A stretch of DNA of 64,000 bases from Somniosus microcephalus (GCA_052327205.1 CM126223.1:68138001-68202000), one strand, 5' to 3'. Numbered from the stretch's first letter, positions 37,496-51,150 are shown. The notes: generated by a model from the letters alone, not told the origin. Translations and numbers: made by a program.

Positions 37496-38167
37496 ATTGT
37501 GGGATGTCTAGCAGAAAAGATATCGCACAATAGCTACTCTCTCTATACCCCTCAATCGGGTTCTCTGCCAAATTTCTATCTCGTTCCCTCCTGAATTTGC
37601 AACACCATCCACCACCACTGCCTCGCTCTGTGATCTGTGTAAAGTAGTTGTCCCCAAAAATCCTCGGCCCTGCTCTGCCAACATAAGTGCGGCAGAGCGG
37701 GCACCCTGACCTCTGCTCTGACCGCACTGGAGTATCTGGGTTTAGGGCAGGATCAACGAATTAGCATTTCTTCATGGGGAGTCACACATCCCCCCCATAC
37801 AGCAACCTAGAGGTCAAGTTCTTCCTGGCATCCAGATTGCTAGGCAGAAGAGAGGCAGAAGTCTAGGAAATTCCCAACGAAGAAAGCCTTTCCGTAAACT
37901 CTGCCTCCTCCAATGTCTTGGGCCATGTTTGGGACCAACTCAAGTGCTGCCCGCCCCAGGCCCATCAGAAACTTCTGACCTGCCATATCTGGGTCCCACC
38001 TGAATTTCCTTGGGTTACAATGTACTCCAGGCTAATTACACTGGAGGCAGTGTGCCTCTGACCCTGAGGAAATTCAGCACATTATATCTGAATTGTTTCA
38101 TCTTCCCTTTTCAGATCTTGAGACTGCATTCCCTTGTTTCCTGCTTTGTGATTATGTCAAACATATC

Positions 38168-40826
38168 GGGATAGAAATTGCGGTCGGAGGCGTACCTCCG
38201 GAGTAGGCCTCCAACCTGTGAAACGAATCCGAAATTACCTGCTGGGGTCCAGGCTGGAAGGGTTCCGGTCTCGGGCCTCCAGGCGGACAGCAGCGTTAAG
38301 GCCCAGGAATCCCAAAGATCCCAGGGGTGCAGGCGGTTCGTGGGATCACGTGGGCCCGGTCCTCCAATGATAAAGGAGAATTCCATTGCAATAATTTACA
38401 AAGGGAATCTCCTAATGATATGCAATCGAATCCCCAAATAATTATACAATGCACAGAATTCTAATAATAGAATTACAATTTTATTCATAAGTCACTTCAT
38501 TGCACCAACCTCAATAAAAATTTAAATTTTTGATAAATAATTTCAAACATCTTAATCCAGGCCAATATTTGCATAAACTTATTTAAAGTGTATGTGCATC
38601 ATTTTGGATTTTTTAATGTTTTATTTCAGCCTTATAAATACCCTTATGCTGATGAAAGCAGGCCCTACGCCTGATTTTACCAGCCGTAAGAGTTTCACAG
38701 AATCACAGAAACCCCACAGTGCAGATAGAGGCCATTTCGGCCCATCGAGCCTGCACCGACACAGTTTCGTGGGCAATTGCTGGGCAGTTGCTGGACAAAT
38801 AGCCCCACTCTGCGCCAGCAATACTCATTTTTCAGGCAGTTCGGACCTTGACAGATCACAAGTTCCGGATTTCAGGTATGTGCTTGCGGGGCCTTTGCAA
38901 TAGAAACATAGAAACATAGAAGATAGGAGCAGGAGTAGGCCATTTGGCCCCTCGAGCTTGCTCCGCCATTCAATGAGATCATGGCTAATCATCCAAATTC
39001 AGTACCCTGTCCCTGCTTTCTCCCCATATCCCTTGATCCCTTTAGCCTTAAGAAATATATCTAACTCCTTCTTGAATATATTTAATGAATTGGCCTCGAC
39101 TGCCTTCTGTGGTAGAGAATTGCACAGGTCCACCACTCTTTGGGTGAAGAAATTCCTCCTCATCTCTGTCCTAAATGGCTTACCCCTTATCCTTAGACTG
39201 TGACCCCTGGTTCTGGACTCCCCGCCATCGGGAACATCCTTCCTGCATTGTCTGTCTAGTCCTGCTAGAAATTTATAAGTTTCAATGAGATCCCCTCTCA
39301 TTCTTCTAAACTCCAGCGAGTATGAGCCCAATCGACCTAATCTCTCCTCATACATCATTCCTGCCATCCCAGGTATCAGTCTGGTGAATCTTTGCTGCAC
39401 TCCCTCCATGGCAAGAACATCCTTCCTCAGATAAGGCGACCAAAACTGCACACAATACTCAAGGTGTGGTCTCACCAAGGCCCTGTACAACTGCAGCAAC
39501 ACATCCTTGTTCCTGTACTTGAACCCTCTCGCTACGAAGGCCAACATACCATTCGCCTTCTTAACCGCCTGCTGCACCTGCATGCTTACCTTCAGCGACT
39601 GGTGCACAAGGACACCCAGGTCTCTTTGCACTTCCTCTTCTCCCAATCTATTGCCATTCAGATAATAATCTGCCTTCCTGTTTTTGCCACCAAAGTGGAT
39701 AACCTCGCATTTATCCACATTATACTGCATCTGCCATGCATCTGCCCAATCACCGAACCTGTCCAAATCATACTGGAGTTTCTTGGCATCCTCCTCACAG
39801 CACACACGCCCACCCAGCTTTGTGTCGTCTGCAAACTTGGAGATATTACATCTAGTTCCCTCGTCTAGATCATTAATATATATTGTGAATAGCTGGGGTC
39901 CTAGGACTGATCCCTGCGGTACCCCACTAGTCACTGCCCACCACTCGGAAAAAGACCCGTTTATTCCAACTCTTTGCTTCCTGTCTGCCAATAGGTTAGT
40001 CAAGCACGATTTACCTTTTGTAAATCCATGTTGACTTTGTCCGATCCTGTCACTGTTTTCCAAGTGCTCTGCTATTACATCTTTTATAATGGACTCTAGC
40101 ATTTTCCCCACTACCGATGTCAGGCTTACCGGTCTATAATTCACCGTTTTCACTCTGCCACCTTTTTTGAATAGTGGGGTAACATTAGCTACCCTCCAAT
40201 CCATGGGTACTGTTCCAGAGTCTATAGAATTTTGGAAGATGACCAGCAATGCATCTACTATTTTAGGGCCACTTCCTTAAGTACCATAGGATGTAGATTA
40301 TCAGGCCCTGGGGATTTATCGGCCTTCAATCCCGTCAATTTCCCTAACACCATTTCCCTACAAATAGTGATTTCTTTCAGTTCCTCCCTCTCATTAGACC
40401 TTATGTTCCCTGACATCTCAGAGGTTATTTGTGTCCTCCTTTGTGAAGACAGAACCAAAGTATGTATTTAATTTGTCTGCCATTTCTTTGTTCCCCATTA
40501 TAAATTCCCCTGATTCTGACTGCATGGTACCTACGCTTGACTTCACCAATCTTTTTCTCTTCACATATCTATAGAAGCTTTTTCAGTCAGTTTTTATGTT
40601 CCCTGCAAGCTTACTCTTATACTCTATTTTCCCCCTCTTAATTAATCGCTTTGTCCTACTTTGTTGAATCCTAAATTGCTCCCAATCCTCAGGTTTGCTG
40701 CTTTTTCTGGCCAATTTATATGTCCTCTCTTTGGATCTTATGCTATCCCTAATTTCCCTTGTTAGCCACGGATTACCACAGCTTACTCTGAGGTTACGCC
40801 GTCACGGAGACCACAATTTCAGGGCC
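38168..40826. mobile_element. Harbinger-type MITE (inverted relative of 30071-30814) interrupted by CR1 insertions
   Basis: GGGATAGAAATTG start, ...CAATTTCAGGGCC end, flanks ATC/ATT. Contains a small CR1 tail at ~38696-38760 and the CR1 at 38901-40771. Confidence 0.8.
38901..40771 (-). mobile_element. 5'-truncated CR1 (HER1-type) LINE with RT
   Basis: ORF 38999..40249 has YRPVSLTS, GVPQGSVLGP and KFADD. (TAGAAACA)n tail. Near-identical to 48148-50140. Confidence 0.93.
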
Positions 40827-40839
40827 ATTATTAGGGTTT

Positions 40840-43090
40840 AATTTATCCATACCCCTTATAATCTTAAACATCTCAGTGGACCACCCCGAGCCTTCTTTTC
40901 TTCTCCGTAAACATACCCAATTACTAAAGCCTCTCCTCATAGCTCAGGTGCCTAATCCAAGGCATCTATTTAGTTTCTCTTCACGATAACTTTTACAATG
41001 CCTGCATGTTCCCACTTAACTCAGAAACCAGAATTGTATACAGTGCTCTAGATGGGCCAGATTATACAACTTCATTACTCCTTCCTAGGATTCATACTCC
41101 ATTCCTCTGGCTATACATCAGATCGTTTTTGCTGAATTTTACAGATGCTGTACATAGTCATTACCACCTGTCACCTATCTAACTCTGGCCACTAACAGCG
41201 CTCCATGGCAGCTCCTTGATTGGGAAGAATTTTCTCAGACACTCCCTCCTCCTAATGTTAGGACATTACAGCATGACATCATTCCGTATGTGCCACCATC
41301 ATAATGATGTCATTCATTTTGTTGCACTGGATCTTTGGTACGTGTGCAGTTGCTTTGCACAAAGGGAGACTTAAGTTGCAAACTCAGTGTAAATGGGTGA
41401 AAGAGGTGCTCTCAGGCTGTTGTCCCAGGACCCAGCCTGTAATATAAAAGGACTTTAATATCCACGTAAAAAGCTTCCCCTTTCTGTGCCTTCCTAACTT
41501 GTAGACTAATTTCCTATGTGGCAATACATCAAAAGCTTTGCTAAATTCTGTAGATATAACTTCCACCGTTCTCCTTCTCTATCAGTTCTATTATTTCTTT
41601 GAAGAACTCCAATACATTTGTCAGTTCTGACCTCCCGCCCATACAGCCGAATTTAATGGCAGGACCTGATTAGCATTTTTTGTCTCCGTTTTCTGGCCGC
41701 AGAGGCTGGCTGGCTGTCGGGCGGGTAGACCTTTGGCACCAGGCCGCAGTTGGGGAATGGAGAGGAAGGAGGGATCGGAGGCCTCGTGGAGGAGATCGAA
41801 AGAGTCGGTGGAAGATCAGAAGAATCGGGGGTGGGGGGGGGAGATTGCAAGGGTCATGGAGGAGATCGGAACGGTCGATGGAGGGCGATCGGAAGGTTCG
41901 GTGGGGTGTGAATGAAGCAGGCAAACTGGATCCATCAGGTAAGTGGAAAGGCACTTACCTCCTGGGTCCAGTAGTCCTCACCTCCCTTTAACCACCGGGT
42001 TTCCCAAGGCCCGGAAAACTCGGCCAGCTGGGGTTAAATTTAAAATGGTGGTTAAATATAAGTCATGCAGCCTCATTATAATATTTAAATTACCTACCCG
42101 CCTCCTGGGAGCAGGTTGGTTGCCCACTCCCGTCCCACCTCCGTTAAAACCGATAGTGGGCGTGTTGGAGGCGGGTTGGGTCGGGAGTCAGATTTTTAAC
42201 ATTTTGACATCCCAACCAACCCAAACCTGCCTGTTTTTGGGGGTTAAAATTCCCTCTTATCGGTTCATCAGTTTGTAGTCCCTAGGGTTATCTTATTGGC
42301 TTTATAATTCTTTAGTACCATTCCCTTTCCCAATAAGTTGCTGAAGATATCCACCAGGATGTGGCCTGTTTCATTCGATGCTACATCATTAATTACTGTA
42401 TTCAAACCAGGTGCCTTGACCTCTTATAGAATCATAGAATGTTATAGCACAGAAACAGGCCATTTGGCCCATGAAGTCTGTGCCACTGTTTCTATCCATG
42501 AGTCACCTAGTCTAATGCCCAGTTTGCTGCCCATACTCTTCTATATTCCTCTTTTTCAAGCAACTAATTCCCTTTAAAAAGAATTTATGGACTATACTTG
42601 ACCATCAGTTTGTAGCAGAGAATTCATTTAATGCCCTTAGCCTGTCCATAGCTGCTTTATTTATAATTGCCATCATTCTTAATATTTACTTATTTTGCCC
42701 TGGGAATTCTACCACAGTAATCAAGTACAACCATGGCTTCCTTCATCAACACAAAGAAGTCATTTATATCGTCCATCTCTTTGTCACTTGATATTTGTCA
42801 TCCTTGGGATTGCTCAGGGTCCTACTATTTCCTCAACCTCTACTTCAAATATTTTATAAACACCTTTCACATTGTTTTTTATATTCTCTGTGATCTTCAC
42901 CTCTTTATTTTAGCTTTCCTGACCAGTTTCTTAACCTCTTTAACTTTATTCTTATTTTGATCTCTGTCCTTGATTGTACCCACGGATTTATACTTGAGGA
43001 AAAATCTTTTTTATAACGTCCTCATCCCCCCATATGATTTCACTTGTGACCCACTTCCTCTGTTGCAATTCTTTCCCAGCGGTGTACGGT
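40840..43090 (-). mobile_element. Highly decayed CR1 ORF2, interrupted by a MITE fragment and a short CR1 tail
   Basis: EFSKAFDVLPHRKLVYKL (41384..41566) and other degenerate RT-like segments. Confidence 0.65.
41650..42257. mobile_element. Harbinger-type MITE fragment
   Basis: GC-rich interior ending ggggttaaaattccctc, similar to the 18935 end. Left end is missing. Confidence 0.6.
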
Positions 43091-43517
43091 TACTTAGTTC
43101 ATTTTGTAAAGTTGCATGCAGTGATAATGGGGAGACCGGGGGTGGGTGAGGGTAGGGGGGGTGGGGGGTGGTTAAATCCTTAAATTCACAAACCTGACCC
43201 CCAACCTGTTGCGAACGCGCCTGTTTCCGTTTTAACCGCGGTGGATATCGGGGCGACTCTGTAGCTCGTTCTGGAGAGGCGGGTCCATCAGTGTAATATT
43301 TAAATGGGGCCCATTCCCTGAGAGTTTGGCAGCAATTTGAAATTAGCGCCTCCTGCACGGGTTTCCCGGGGTTTGGGAAACTCGTCAGTGAAACAGAGGT
43401 GAGATTAAGCGGCACTTCGTGGGGATGGTTAAAGGTCAGGAGTCCCGATCTGAATAAAGGCTCAGTGCTCACAGCTGCTTTCTCAGGTTCCTCTGAGCAA
43501 TGGGTTTAGTGAGAGTA

Positions 43518-43831
43518 CAGGTTGAGCATCCAAAATCCAGAGTTCCGGAATCCAGGATGTTCCGGAATCCAGACTCCGGGACGATTGGTGGCAGGGTCGT
43601 CCGGAATCCGTAAAATGTTCCGGAATCCGGACACCCTGTCAAACCGCAACCTGGGCCCAGGCATTTCCGGGCTCGGAACGTGTTTCTGATGTCCGAACTC
43701 TGGAAACGCCCAAGCCCAGGTTGCGGTATTTCCGGACTTCGGACATCAGAAACACGTTCCGAAGTCTGGAAAAACACGAAAACTGGCTTGGCCTCGGTCC
43801 CGAGGTTGCCGGATTCAGGACACTCAACCTG
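43518..43831. mobile_element. Tigger-like MITE nested in the Harbinger relic
   Basis: TIRs CAGGTTGAGCATCC / CAGGTTGAGTGTCC, TA TSD, internal TCCGGAA repeats. Confidence 0.88.
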
Positions 43832-43903
43832 TACTTGTTGTGAGAGACTCATTTGTACAGTTTGTAGGTGTTACAGTTTGTAAAGTTTGCAGAGAACATC
43901 AGG

Positions 43904-44175
43904 ATGGGTGGCACCATGGCTGCTTTAGATTGGACTTCGGATGAGGAAGACAATCAGCACCATCAGCAGTAAGGGCGTGCTGTGTAGGTGGACGATAGAG
44001 AGGGAAGCAACAGAGGAGTCGAGTTTGCAGGAGGCACTACCCACTTAACAGGCTTTACAGACAGAGGCTCAGCTTCCTTGACCTCGCGGAAGAGCAGTGC
44101 CTCCGAAGGCTGAGATTGTCACGTTAGAAGGGCGCAGACATCTACAGCCTCCTAGAAGAAAACCTCCTACCTCTC
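43904..44175 (+). pseudogene. Harbinger transposase (HARBI1-like) N-terminal fragment
   Basis: RRHYPLNRLYRQRLSFLDLAEEQCLRRLRLSR*KGADIYSLLEENLLP. Confidence 0.75.
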
Positions 44176-44539
44176 TGCAGGATAGAAGCTTGGAGCAGAT
44201 CAATGACGTCTTGTAAGGCCACAGCTAATGTATCTGTGTGATGGCCCTGGAGGAGAGAAGAGGTGGTTTATGATTTAGTCATGGGAGTAAAAAATGTTGA
44301 AATTCGCATGATTAAGGTGATCCTGTTTCATTCGGTGCTGAAATCAAGTCAACATGACTTAGTCTTGTACCAGATGTGGGTCAGAGATATTTAATGCTGT
44401 CACCATGCAGCAGTGTCTCCCCAAGTCTCAAATTGCTGCCAAACTCTCAGGGAATGGGCCCCATTTAAATAATACACTGATGGACCTGCCTCTCCAGAAC
44501 AAGCTACAGAGTCTCCCCATTTCCGATGCTTAGGGACGC

Positions 44540-45206
44540 TGACATCCTGCAGGGCCTCCTGCTCTGCAAATGTTAACTGGACAATCTCGTGATGGCCCAC
44601 CTCCGGTCCTCTCCCTCTCGCTTGCATTTTGCGCTCTCTTCTGCAAGGGGGCACAACAGACCTATGAGTGTCTGTATCCGGTGAGGGTGACTATCAGGCA
44701 CATGCATCACGAGTGGCACTGGCATGCATTTGAGGACTTGTGCTGAGAATCAGGTGAGCTGACTGAGGTGGTATCACATTACATAAGGATTGGAGGTGGA
44801 TGGAGAAAGGAGGAGGTGAAGAAATGCATTGAAATGGAACGGTGGGTTGCTGCTGATACATAAGTGACTGTGAGGAGTGACGTGATGAGACGGAATACGC
44901 TTGACAAGACAGAGAGTGAGGGCGGGGGGCACTACAGGATGTAGGTAAATCTGCAACTGTGCTCACCTTTCCTAATCTGGTTAGGTCATTAAACCGCTTC
45001 CTGCACTGAATCCAGGTACTGAGCACTACAATCTCGCTGTTGACCTCTTCAGCCACCTCTCACCATGTGACCTTCATCACAGCAGCAGATTTTTTCTTGC
45101 CCTTACTGGGGAATGGAACCTCCTGCCCCACCCTTACTGCACCCAGTAATACATCAAGGGGCACCTCATTGAACTGGGATGCAGCCTGTGCCCTTCCTGA
45201 CTCCAT
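44540..45206 (-). pseudogene. Harbinger Myb/SANT-like DNA-binding protein gene, two exons
   Basis: Exon 1 MESGRAQAASQF...W*EVAEEVNS...TWIQCRKRFNDLTR ends at a gtgagc donor (~44967). Exon 2 follows cccttgcag (~44641) and reads KRAQNASERERTGGGP. Confidence 0.8.
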
Positions 45207-45553
45207 CTCAAAATACTTCTCTCTCCTCCAATGCTCCCAACTCCTCCAAATTCCATCTGTGCATTGGCCCTTTAAATAGCCAAATTGAAATCACGTCATG
45301 TGGGTGCGCAGCACACCCATTCACGTGCATTGGAGATGCAAAACCCGGAAAATGAGAATGAGGCATCCCTGTTGAAATCGAACATTCCCACACTCCTCCA
45401 CGTTTGGTGCCCGCTGTCACACCACCCCTCCCACCGCCCCCCCCCGGCTCAGATCCCGCCTCTGCGTTAATATTGACCACAATGAATTAAACTGTACGGG
45501 AAATATTCAATCAGGCCCACTAATAGTAGCATTAACAATAATAGTAATATTAT

Positions 45554-46308
45554 GGAGGAAAAATTCAGTTGGTTGCGCCTCCCGTTAGCGCCTTAAGAGG
45601 GCGCTAACGGGACGCAAAGCAACTAGCGCCCGGGCACGGCACTGCCCACGCCTCCCGCAAAATTCAGCGGGAGGTTAGTGGTGGCGCTAACTGGTAGCGC
45701 CCTGCGGCGCTGCGCCGCTGGCGATGACGTCATTGGCGTGCGCAGCGCCCCGCTCACGCCCCGGCCATGATCTTCGGGAGCGCCCCCTGACTTACCGCCG
45801 GATGCTATGTCCGACAGGGTCAGGGGGGCGTACCTGCGGCCAGGAGGCGCAATTTAAAGGTGAGGTGCGGGGTGGCCATTTTTGTTGCTAGCCGCCTGCC
45901 AGCACCTGGCTGCGCTCCCGTCCCAGACCTTCTGAAACGCCCCCCCCCCCGCAGAATGCTGGCTGCGCTCCAAGAGCCCGGCACTTCTCTTGAGTGCTGG
46001 GCTCTTTTGCCTGCACTCCCGATCCCCGGGGGCCCAGCTGGGCCCCAGGTCACGCTGCACAAGGCCCCTCCCCTTTAAGAAGGGGAGGAAGGCCTGCAAT
46101 ACCGCGGCGCGACATGCGCACATAACACCACAATATTGACTCACAGCGCCCCAAGAGGGATGCGGGGAGCTTCCAGTAGCACCCCGCTTCCCTCTTGGGG
46201 CGCAACCACTCAATTTCCGGTGCGGGGACGCTAATTTTTCCGGGGCACTACTTTTAGCGCCCCAACGAAGTTAGTGCCCCAACTGGGGCGCTACTCAATT
46301 TTTAGCCC
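45554..46308. mobile_element. Harbinger-type MITE, intact
   Basis: Ends GGAGGAAAAATTCAG / GGGCTAAAAATTGAG, TSD TAT. Confidence 0.85.
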
Positions 46309-46479
46309 TATATATTTATTATTTATTATTTATAATACTGGAGTTCTGAAATGAGCCCTAAACAATACAATAACACTGAAGTAGGCAGATCAAAGTTATT
46401 GAGGACCTATTCTGTAAAATATAAATATTAGCAACATAATTTAAGAAGTAGATCAAGTGGCCTTACAAGATCACTGGAT

Positions 46480-46680
46480 AGATACAGGTGAGAAAGACGA
46501 TTTGGCCCATCATCCACGCAGAAAGCACCTACAGTCGTCCATCACAGTATTCAACTGCCTGTTCAATGGTTCCAGAGTTTTTGCTCCATTACCTACTCGG
46601 AAGTCTGTTCCACATGTTAATCAATCTCTGTGTAAAGAACTTCCTGACAACAGTCCTACATTTGCGTACCTTATCCTGCA
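46480..46680 (-). mobile_element. Decayed CR1 3' end
   Basis: Minus strand resembles KFFTQRLINMWNRLPSR. Confidence 0.55.
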
Positions 46681-47134
46681 GTCACAGTTTACTTCAAGCT
46701 GTAAACAGTATTATAAAATCGTAACACCAATGTCACCAATATATTGGACTGCAAAGAAGGGTTGCACCAACAAATAGCCAAAATATGAACAAGTTCAGGA
46801 GTGGTAGATGTGTGAAATGTACAGAAGCCTATTGTGCCACACACCATTAGCGTTCACCTAACTCTAGTTAACGAGAGCAAATTGTCGCCAAGTACTAACA
46901 GCATTGCTGTATCTCCAATCTTATATGGTTCTATTCTCTTCCAATGTTCTCCTCTTCCTGAAGATGCTGGGCTCCTTCTGATGCTTCACTTGCCCCAGTG
47001 GCCATTCCTCAAGTCTGATCCTTAACCATGAGTGTCGGCAGACTATTCAACTGTGAGTGGCATCGCAGCCAAGCCCAATCCTGACCTTATCCATACACAT
47101 ACACACCTTCTAAAAGTGCACACTGGAGATTAAT

Positions 47135-47605
47135 CATAGACTCATAGAACAGTACAGCACAAAAGGAGGCCATTCGGTCCATCGAGTCTATGCCGGCTCT
47201 TTCGAAGAGCAATCCAGTTAGTCCCACTCCCCGGCTCTTTCTCTATGCCCTGCAATTTTTTTCTTCTTGAAGTATTTATCCAATTCCTTTTTGAAGGCTA
47301 CTATTGAATCTGTTTCCACCAGCCTATCAGGCCGCGCCTTCCAAATCCTAACCACTCATTGCATTAAAATGTTTTTCCTCCTGTTGCCTCTGGTTCTTTT
47401 GAAAATCATCTTAAATCTGTGCTCTCTCATTATCGGCCCTTCAGCCATTGGAAACAGTTTCTCTTTATTTACTCTATCTAAACCCTTCATGATTTTAAAC
47501 ACCTCTATCAAATCTCCTCTTAGCCTTCTCTGCGCCAAGGAGAACAACCTCAGCTTCTCCAGTCTATCCATGTAATTGTAATCCCTCATCCCTGGAACCA
47601 GTCTA
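47135..47605 (-). mobile_element. CR1 3' fragment inserted into an old SINE (~46935-47130 and 47610-47720)
   Basis: ORF 47356..47619 has RLEKLRLFSLAQRRLRGDLIEVFKIMKG. Confidence 0.85.
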
Positions 47606-48245
47606 GTAATCAGGAGCACAAGCTCTAACTGAGTTTTCCCCTTCCCAGTCTGGAGGCTCTGAGCTTAATTTTAGGCCTCCTACTAATACTCAGCCCGACA
47701 TCAGTTAACTTAGCAAAGACACAACTCTCCGAATGCTGATTAGGAAAGAATGTCACAAAGAGATTAATAAAACACTCCTCTGAATCTCTGCAGGTGGTGC
47801 TGTTTGCTTACCGACTTGCATTTCCCACTTATACTACCCACTGGCGTATAACATCTTCCAACACTACAGCTACTGATCTAATGGGCTTTAACAATACCAA
47901 TTCGCAGAATGAGAAAGTTATCGATTATCTTATGATACCAGGCACAATTAGAAAGAGCAATCCTAATGTTTATGCTGAGCAGACGTTAAAATGGCACAGG
48001 TTATACAGCAGCAGGGGGTATAATTGGCAGTGTGTAAAGAAAAGTTATTTTATAACAGTAAGGCGGTTTAGACATTTTATTTATCTTTATACACAGAGCA
48101 AATATTCACAAACTGTCAGAGTAAACATGTATCACAGACACTGCTCTTAGAAACATAGAAACATAGAAGATAGGAGCAGGAGTAGGCCATTCGGCCCCTC
48201 GAGCCTGCTCCGCCATTCAGTGAGATCATGGCTGATCATCCAAAC

Positions 48246-51028
48246 TCAGTACCCTGTCCCTGCTTTCTCCCCATATCCCTTGATCCCTTTAGCCTTAAGA
48301 AATATATCTAACTCCTTCTTGAATATATTTAATAAGTTGGCCTCAACTGCCTTCTGTGGTAGAGAATTCCACAGGTTCACCACTCTCTGGGTGAAGAAAT
48401 TCCTCCTCATCTCTGTCCTAAATGGCTTACCCCTTATCTTTAGACTGTGACCCCTGGTTCTCGACTCCCCCGCCATCGGGAACATCCTTCCTGCATCTAG
48501 TCTGTCTAGTCCTGTTAGAATTTGATAAGTTTCAATGAGATCCCCTCTCATTCTTCTAAACTCCAGCGAGTATAAGCCCAATCGACCCAATCTCTCCTCA
48601 TACGTCATTCCTGCCATCCCAGGTATCAGTCTGGTGAATCTTCGCTGTACTCCCTCCATGGCAAGAACATCCTTCCTCAGATAAGGCGACCAAAACTGCA
48701 CACAATACTCAAGGTGTGGTCTCACTAAGGCCCTGTACAACTGCAGAAACACATCCTTGTTCCTGTACTCGAACCCTCTCGCTACGAAGGCCAACATACC
48801 ATTTGCCTTCTTAACCGCCAGCTGCACCTGCATGCTTACCTTCAGCGACTGGTGCACAAGGACAACCAGGTCTCGTTGCACTTCCCCTTCTCCCAATCTA
48901 TTGCCGTTCAGATAATAATCTGCCTTCCTGTTTTTGCCACCAAAGTGGATAACCTCGCATTTATCCACATTATACTGCATCTGCCATGCATCTGCCCAAT
49001 CACCCAACCTGTCCAAATCATACTGGAGTTTCTCGGCATCCTCCTCACAGCACACACGCCCACCCAGCTTTGTGTCATCTGCAAACTTGGAGATATTACA
49101 TCTAGTTCCCTCATCTAGATCATTAATATATATTGTGAATAGCTGGGGTCCTAGGACCGATCCCTGCGGCACCCCACTAGTCACTGCCTGCCACTCGGAA
49201 AAAGACCCATTTATTCCAACTCTTTGCTTCCTGTCTGCCAACCAGTTCTCTATCCAAGTCAGTACCTTACCCCCAATCCCATGTGCTTTAACTTTACATA
49301 CTAATCTCTTATGCGGGACCTTGTCAAAAACCTTCTGAAAGTCCAAATACACATCCACTGGTTCTCCCTTATCTATTCTACCAGTTACATCCTCAAAAAA
49401 TTCCAGTAGATTAGTCAAACATGATTTACCTTTTGTAAATCCATGTTGACTTTGTCCACTCCTGTCACTGTTTTCCAAGTGCTCTGCTATTACATCTTTT
49501 ATAATGGACTCTAGCCTCTACCACCTTTTTTGAGTAGTGAGGTAACATTAGCTACCCTCCAATCCATGGGAACTGTTCCAGAGTCTATCGAATTTTGGAA
49601 GATGACCAGCAATGCATCTACTATTTCTAGGGCCACTTCCTTAAGTACCCTAGGATGTAGATTATCAGGCCCTGGGGATTTATCGGCCTTCAATCCCGTC
49701 AATTTCCCTAACACCATTTCCCTACAAATACTGATTTCATTCAGTTCCTCCCTCTCATTAGCCCCTATGTTCCCCGACATCTCTGGGAGGTTATTTATGT
49801 CTTCCTTTGTGAAGACAGAACCAAAGTATGTATTTAATTGGTCTGCCATTTCTTTGTTCCCCATTATAAATTCCTCTGATTCTGACTGCAAGGGACCTAC
49901 TCTTGACTTCACCAATCTTTTTCTTTTTACATATCTATAGAAGCTTTTACAGTCAGTTTTTATGTTCCCTGAAAGCTTACTCTCATACTCTATTTTCCCC
50001 CTCTTAATTAATCCCTTTGTCCTCCTTTGCTGAAACCTAAACTGCTCCCAATCCTCAGGTTTGCTGCTTTTTCTGGCCAATTTAAATGTCCTCTCCTTGG
50101 ATCTTATGCTATCCCTAATTTCCCTTGTTAGCCACGGTTGAGTCACCTTTTTTGTTTTATTTTTATGCCAAACAGGGATGAACAAATTCTGTAGTTCATC
50201 CATGTGATCTTTAAATGTTTGCCATTGCCTATCCACCGTCAACCCTTTAAGTAACATTCCCCAATCCATCCTACCCAACTCATGCCTCATACCATCGTAG
50301 TTTCCTTTATTTAAATTCAGGACCCTAGTCTCTGAGTCAAATACCTCACTCTCCATCTTAATGAAGAATTCTATCATATTATTATCACTCCGCCCCAAGG
50401 GGCCTTGCACAACAAGATTGCTAATTATTCCTTTCTCATTACATAATACCCAGTCTAAGATGGCCTGATCTCTAGTTGGTTCCTCGACATATTGGTCCAG
50501 GAATTCCTCCTCCACAGTATTGTTACTAATTTGGTTAGCCCAAACTATATGTAGATTAAAGTCACCCATGATAACTGCTGTTCCCTTATTGCACGCATCT
50601 CTAATTTCCCGTTTAATGCCATCCCCAACCTCCGCATTACTGTTTGGGGGTCTGTATACAACTCCCACTAATGTTTTCTGCCCCTTGGTATTTCTCAGCT
50701 CTACCCATACAGATTCCACATTATCAGAGCTAATATCCTTCCTTACAATTGTGTTAATTTCTTCTTTAACCAGCAATGCTACCCCACCTCCTTTTCCTTT
50801 TTACCTGTCTTTCCTGAATATTGAATACCCCTGGATGTTGAGTTCCCAGCCTTGGCCACCCTGGAGCCATGTTTCCGTAATCCCAATCATATCATATCTG
50901 TTTACATCTATTTGCGCAGCTAATTCACCCACCTCATTACGAATGCTCCTCGCATTAAGACACAAAGCCTTCAGGCTTGTTTTTTTAACACTCTTAGACC
51001 TTTTAGAATTATTATTTACTGTGGCCAT
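48246..51028 (-). pseudogene. CR1 ORF2 (AP endonuclease and reverse transcriptase), frameshifted
   Basis: CLNARSI, ITETWL, VYRPP, MGDFN, LDWVL, FQKVFDKVPH and FADD across ORFs 50801..51028, 49511..50776 and 48246..49478. Confidence 0.93.
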
Positions 51029-51150
51029 GTTTGATTTAAACCCTTGATTTCTCTGACTGCCACTTTTGCTTTTCTCCTTCCTGTCTTTTGCTTCTATCCT
51101 TGTTTCCCTTTCCTCTGTCTCCCTGCACAGGTTCCCAATCCCCTGCCATT

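Larger units (their letters stand above)
43129..45480. mobile_element. Internally deleted PIF/Harbinger transposon (convergent transposase and Myb/SANT genes)
   Basis: Transposase N-terminus on plus and a spliced Myb/SANT gene on minus. Termini are degenerate, so boundaries are approximate. Confidence 0.8.
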
